Below, in pieces: positions 63,901-64,000 of a DNA stretch of 64,000 bases. The notes beneath the pieces are model-generated. The model was given only the letters and a program-made list of their open reading frames with translations, had not been told where the DNA came from and made no database searches. Each line of letters begins with the position of its first letter. Positions within the stretch are counted from its first letter, which is position 1. The DNA comes from Lepidodermella squamata (taxonomy: Eukaryota; Animalia; Gastrotricha): contig JBLDXI010000013.1 in NCBI GenBank assembly GCA_047495785.1, forward strand, positions 4,154,001-4,218,000, given 5' to 3'. Position numbers and translations under genes: made by a program.

Positions 63901-64000
63901 CCAGCTCGACCGAAACAGGCGAAAAACAATGACATTCCAGAAATAGCGTTAACTGAGTCTCGTGACAATCTTGAAAGCGCCGTGCGATTACCGCCTCCTC
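60945..64000 (+). CDS. CBL: Cbl-family E3 ubiquitin ligase, 3' end outside window; exons 60945-61963, 63276-63500, 63568->64000
   Basis: TKB domain (LKNSPPYLLEILP, FEFDVFTRLFQPW, YIFRMSCTRLGQWAIGYV, QTIPQNKSL), linker, RING [31 protein letters not shown], Pro-rich tail. Confidence 0.96.
62530..62853. repeat. Foldback/MITE-like remnant with about 20-bp tandem subrepeats in inverted orientation
   Basis: Five AGCGGAACCAAATTTGCT-like units at 62530-62627 and two reverse-complement units AAATTTGGTTCCGCTA at 62816-62853. Confidence 0.7.

Overview
Eukaryotic (invertebrate animal) genomic DNA with canonical GT-AG introns, many only 50-65 nt. About 12 protein-coding genes can be reconstructed: a 5'-truncated GLUT/SLC2A sugar transporter, a membrane-anchored mucin-stalk SGNH hydrolase, EXOSC10/RRP6, PARL, an RNF13/167-type PA-TM-RING ligase, a secreted Cys-rich protein built from a duplicated three-exon cassette, a complete axonemal dynein heavy chain (DNAH10), a CCDC34-like gene, a PTP1B/TC-PTP-like phosphatase, a doublecortin-like kinase, SNRNP40 and a 3'-truncated CBL. 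Introns and spacers hold decayed mobile elements: a Crypton-type tyrosine recombinase, a Helitron RepHel, RTE-like and RLE-type LINE ends, and TA-flanked MITEs. The strongest system-level signal is three same-strand clusters of unrelated genes only 120-260 bp apart, each downstream ATG preceded by an apparently unpaired splice acceptor, which suggests operons resolved by spliced-leader trans-splicing. Other highlights are the SGNH gene (atypical for animals, possible HGT), the unclassified CC-module secreted protein and a head-to-head DNAH10/CCDC34 pair with an X-box-like motif. All family calls come from motif recognition by eye, with no database searches, and exon boundaries were read manually.
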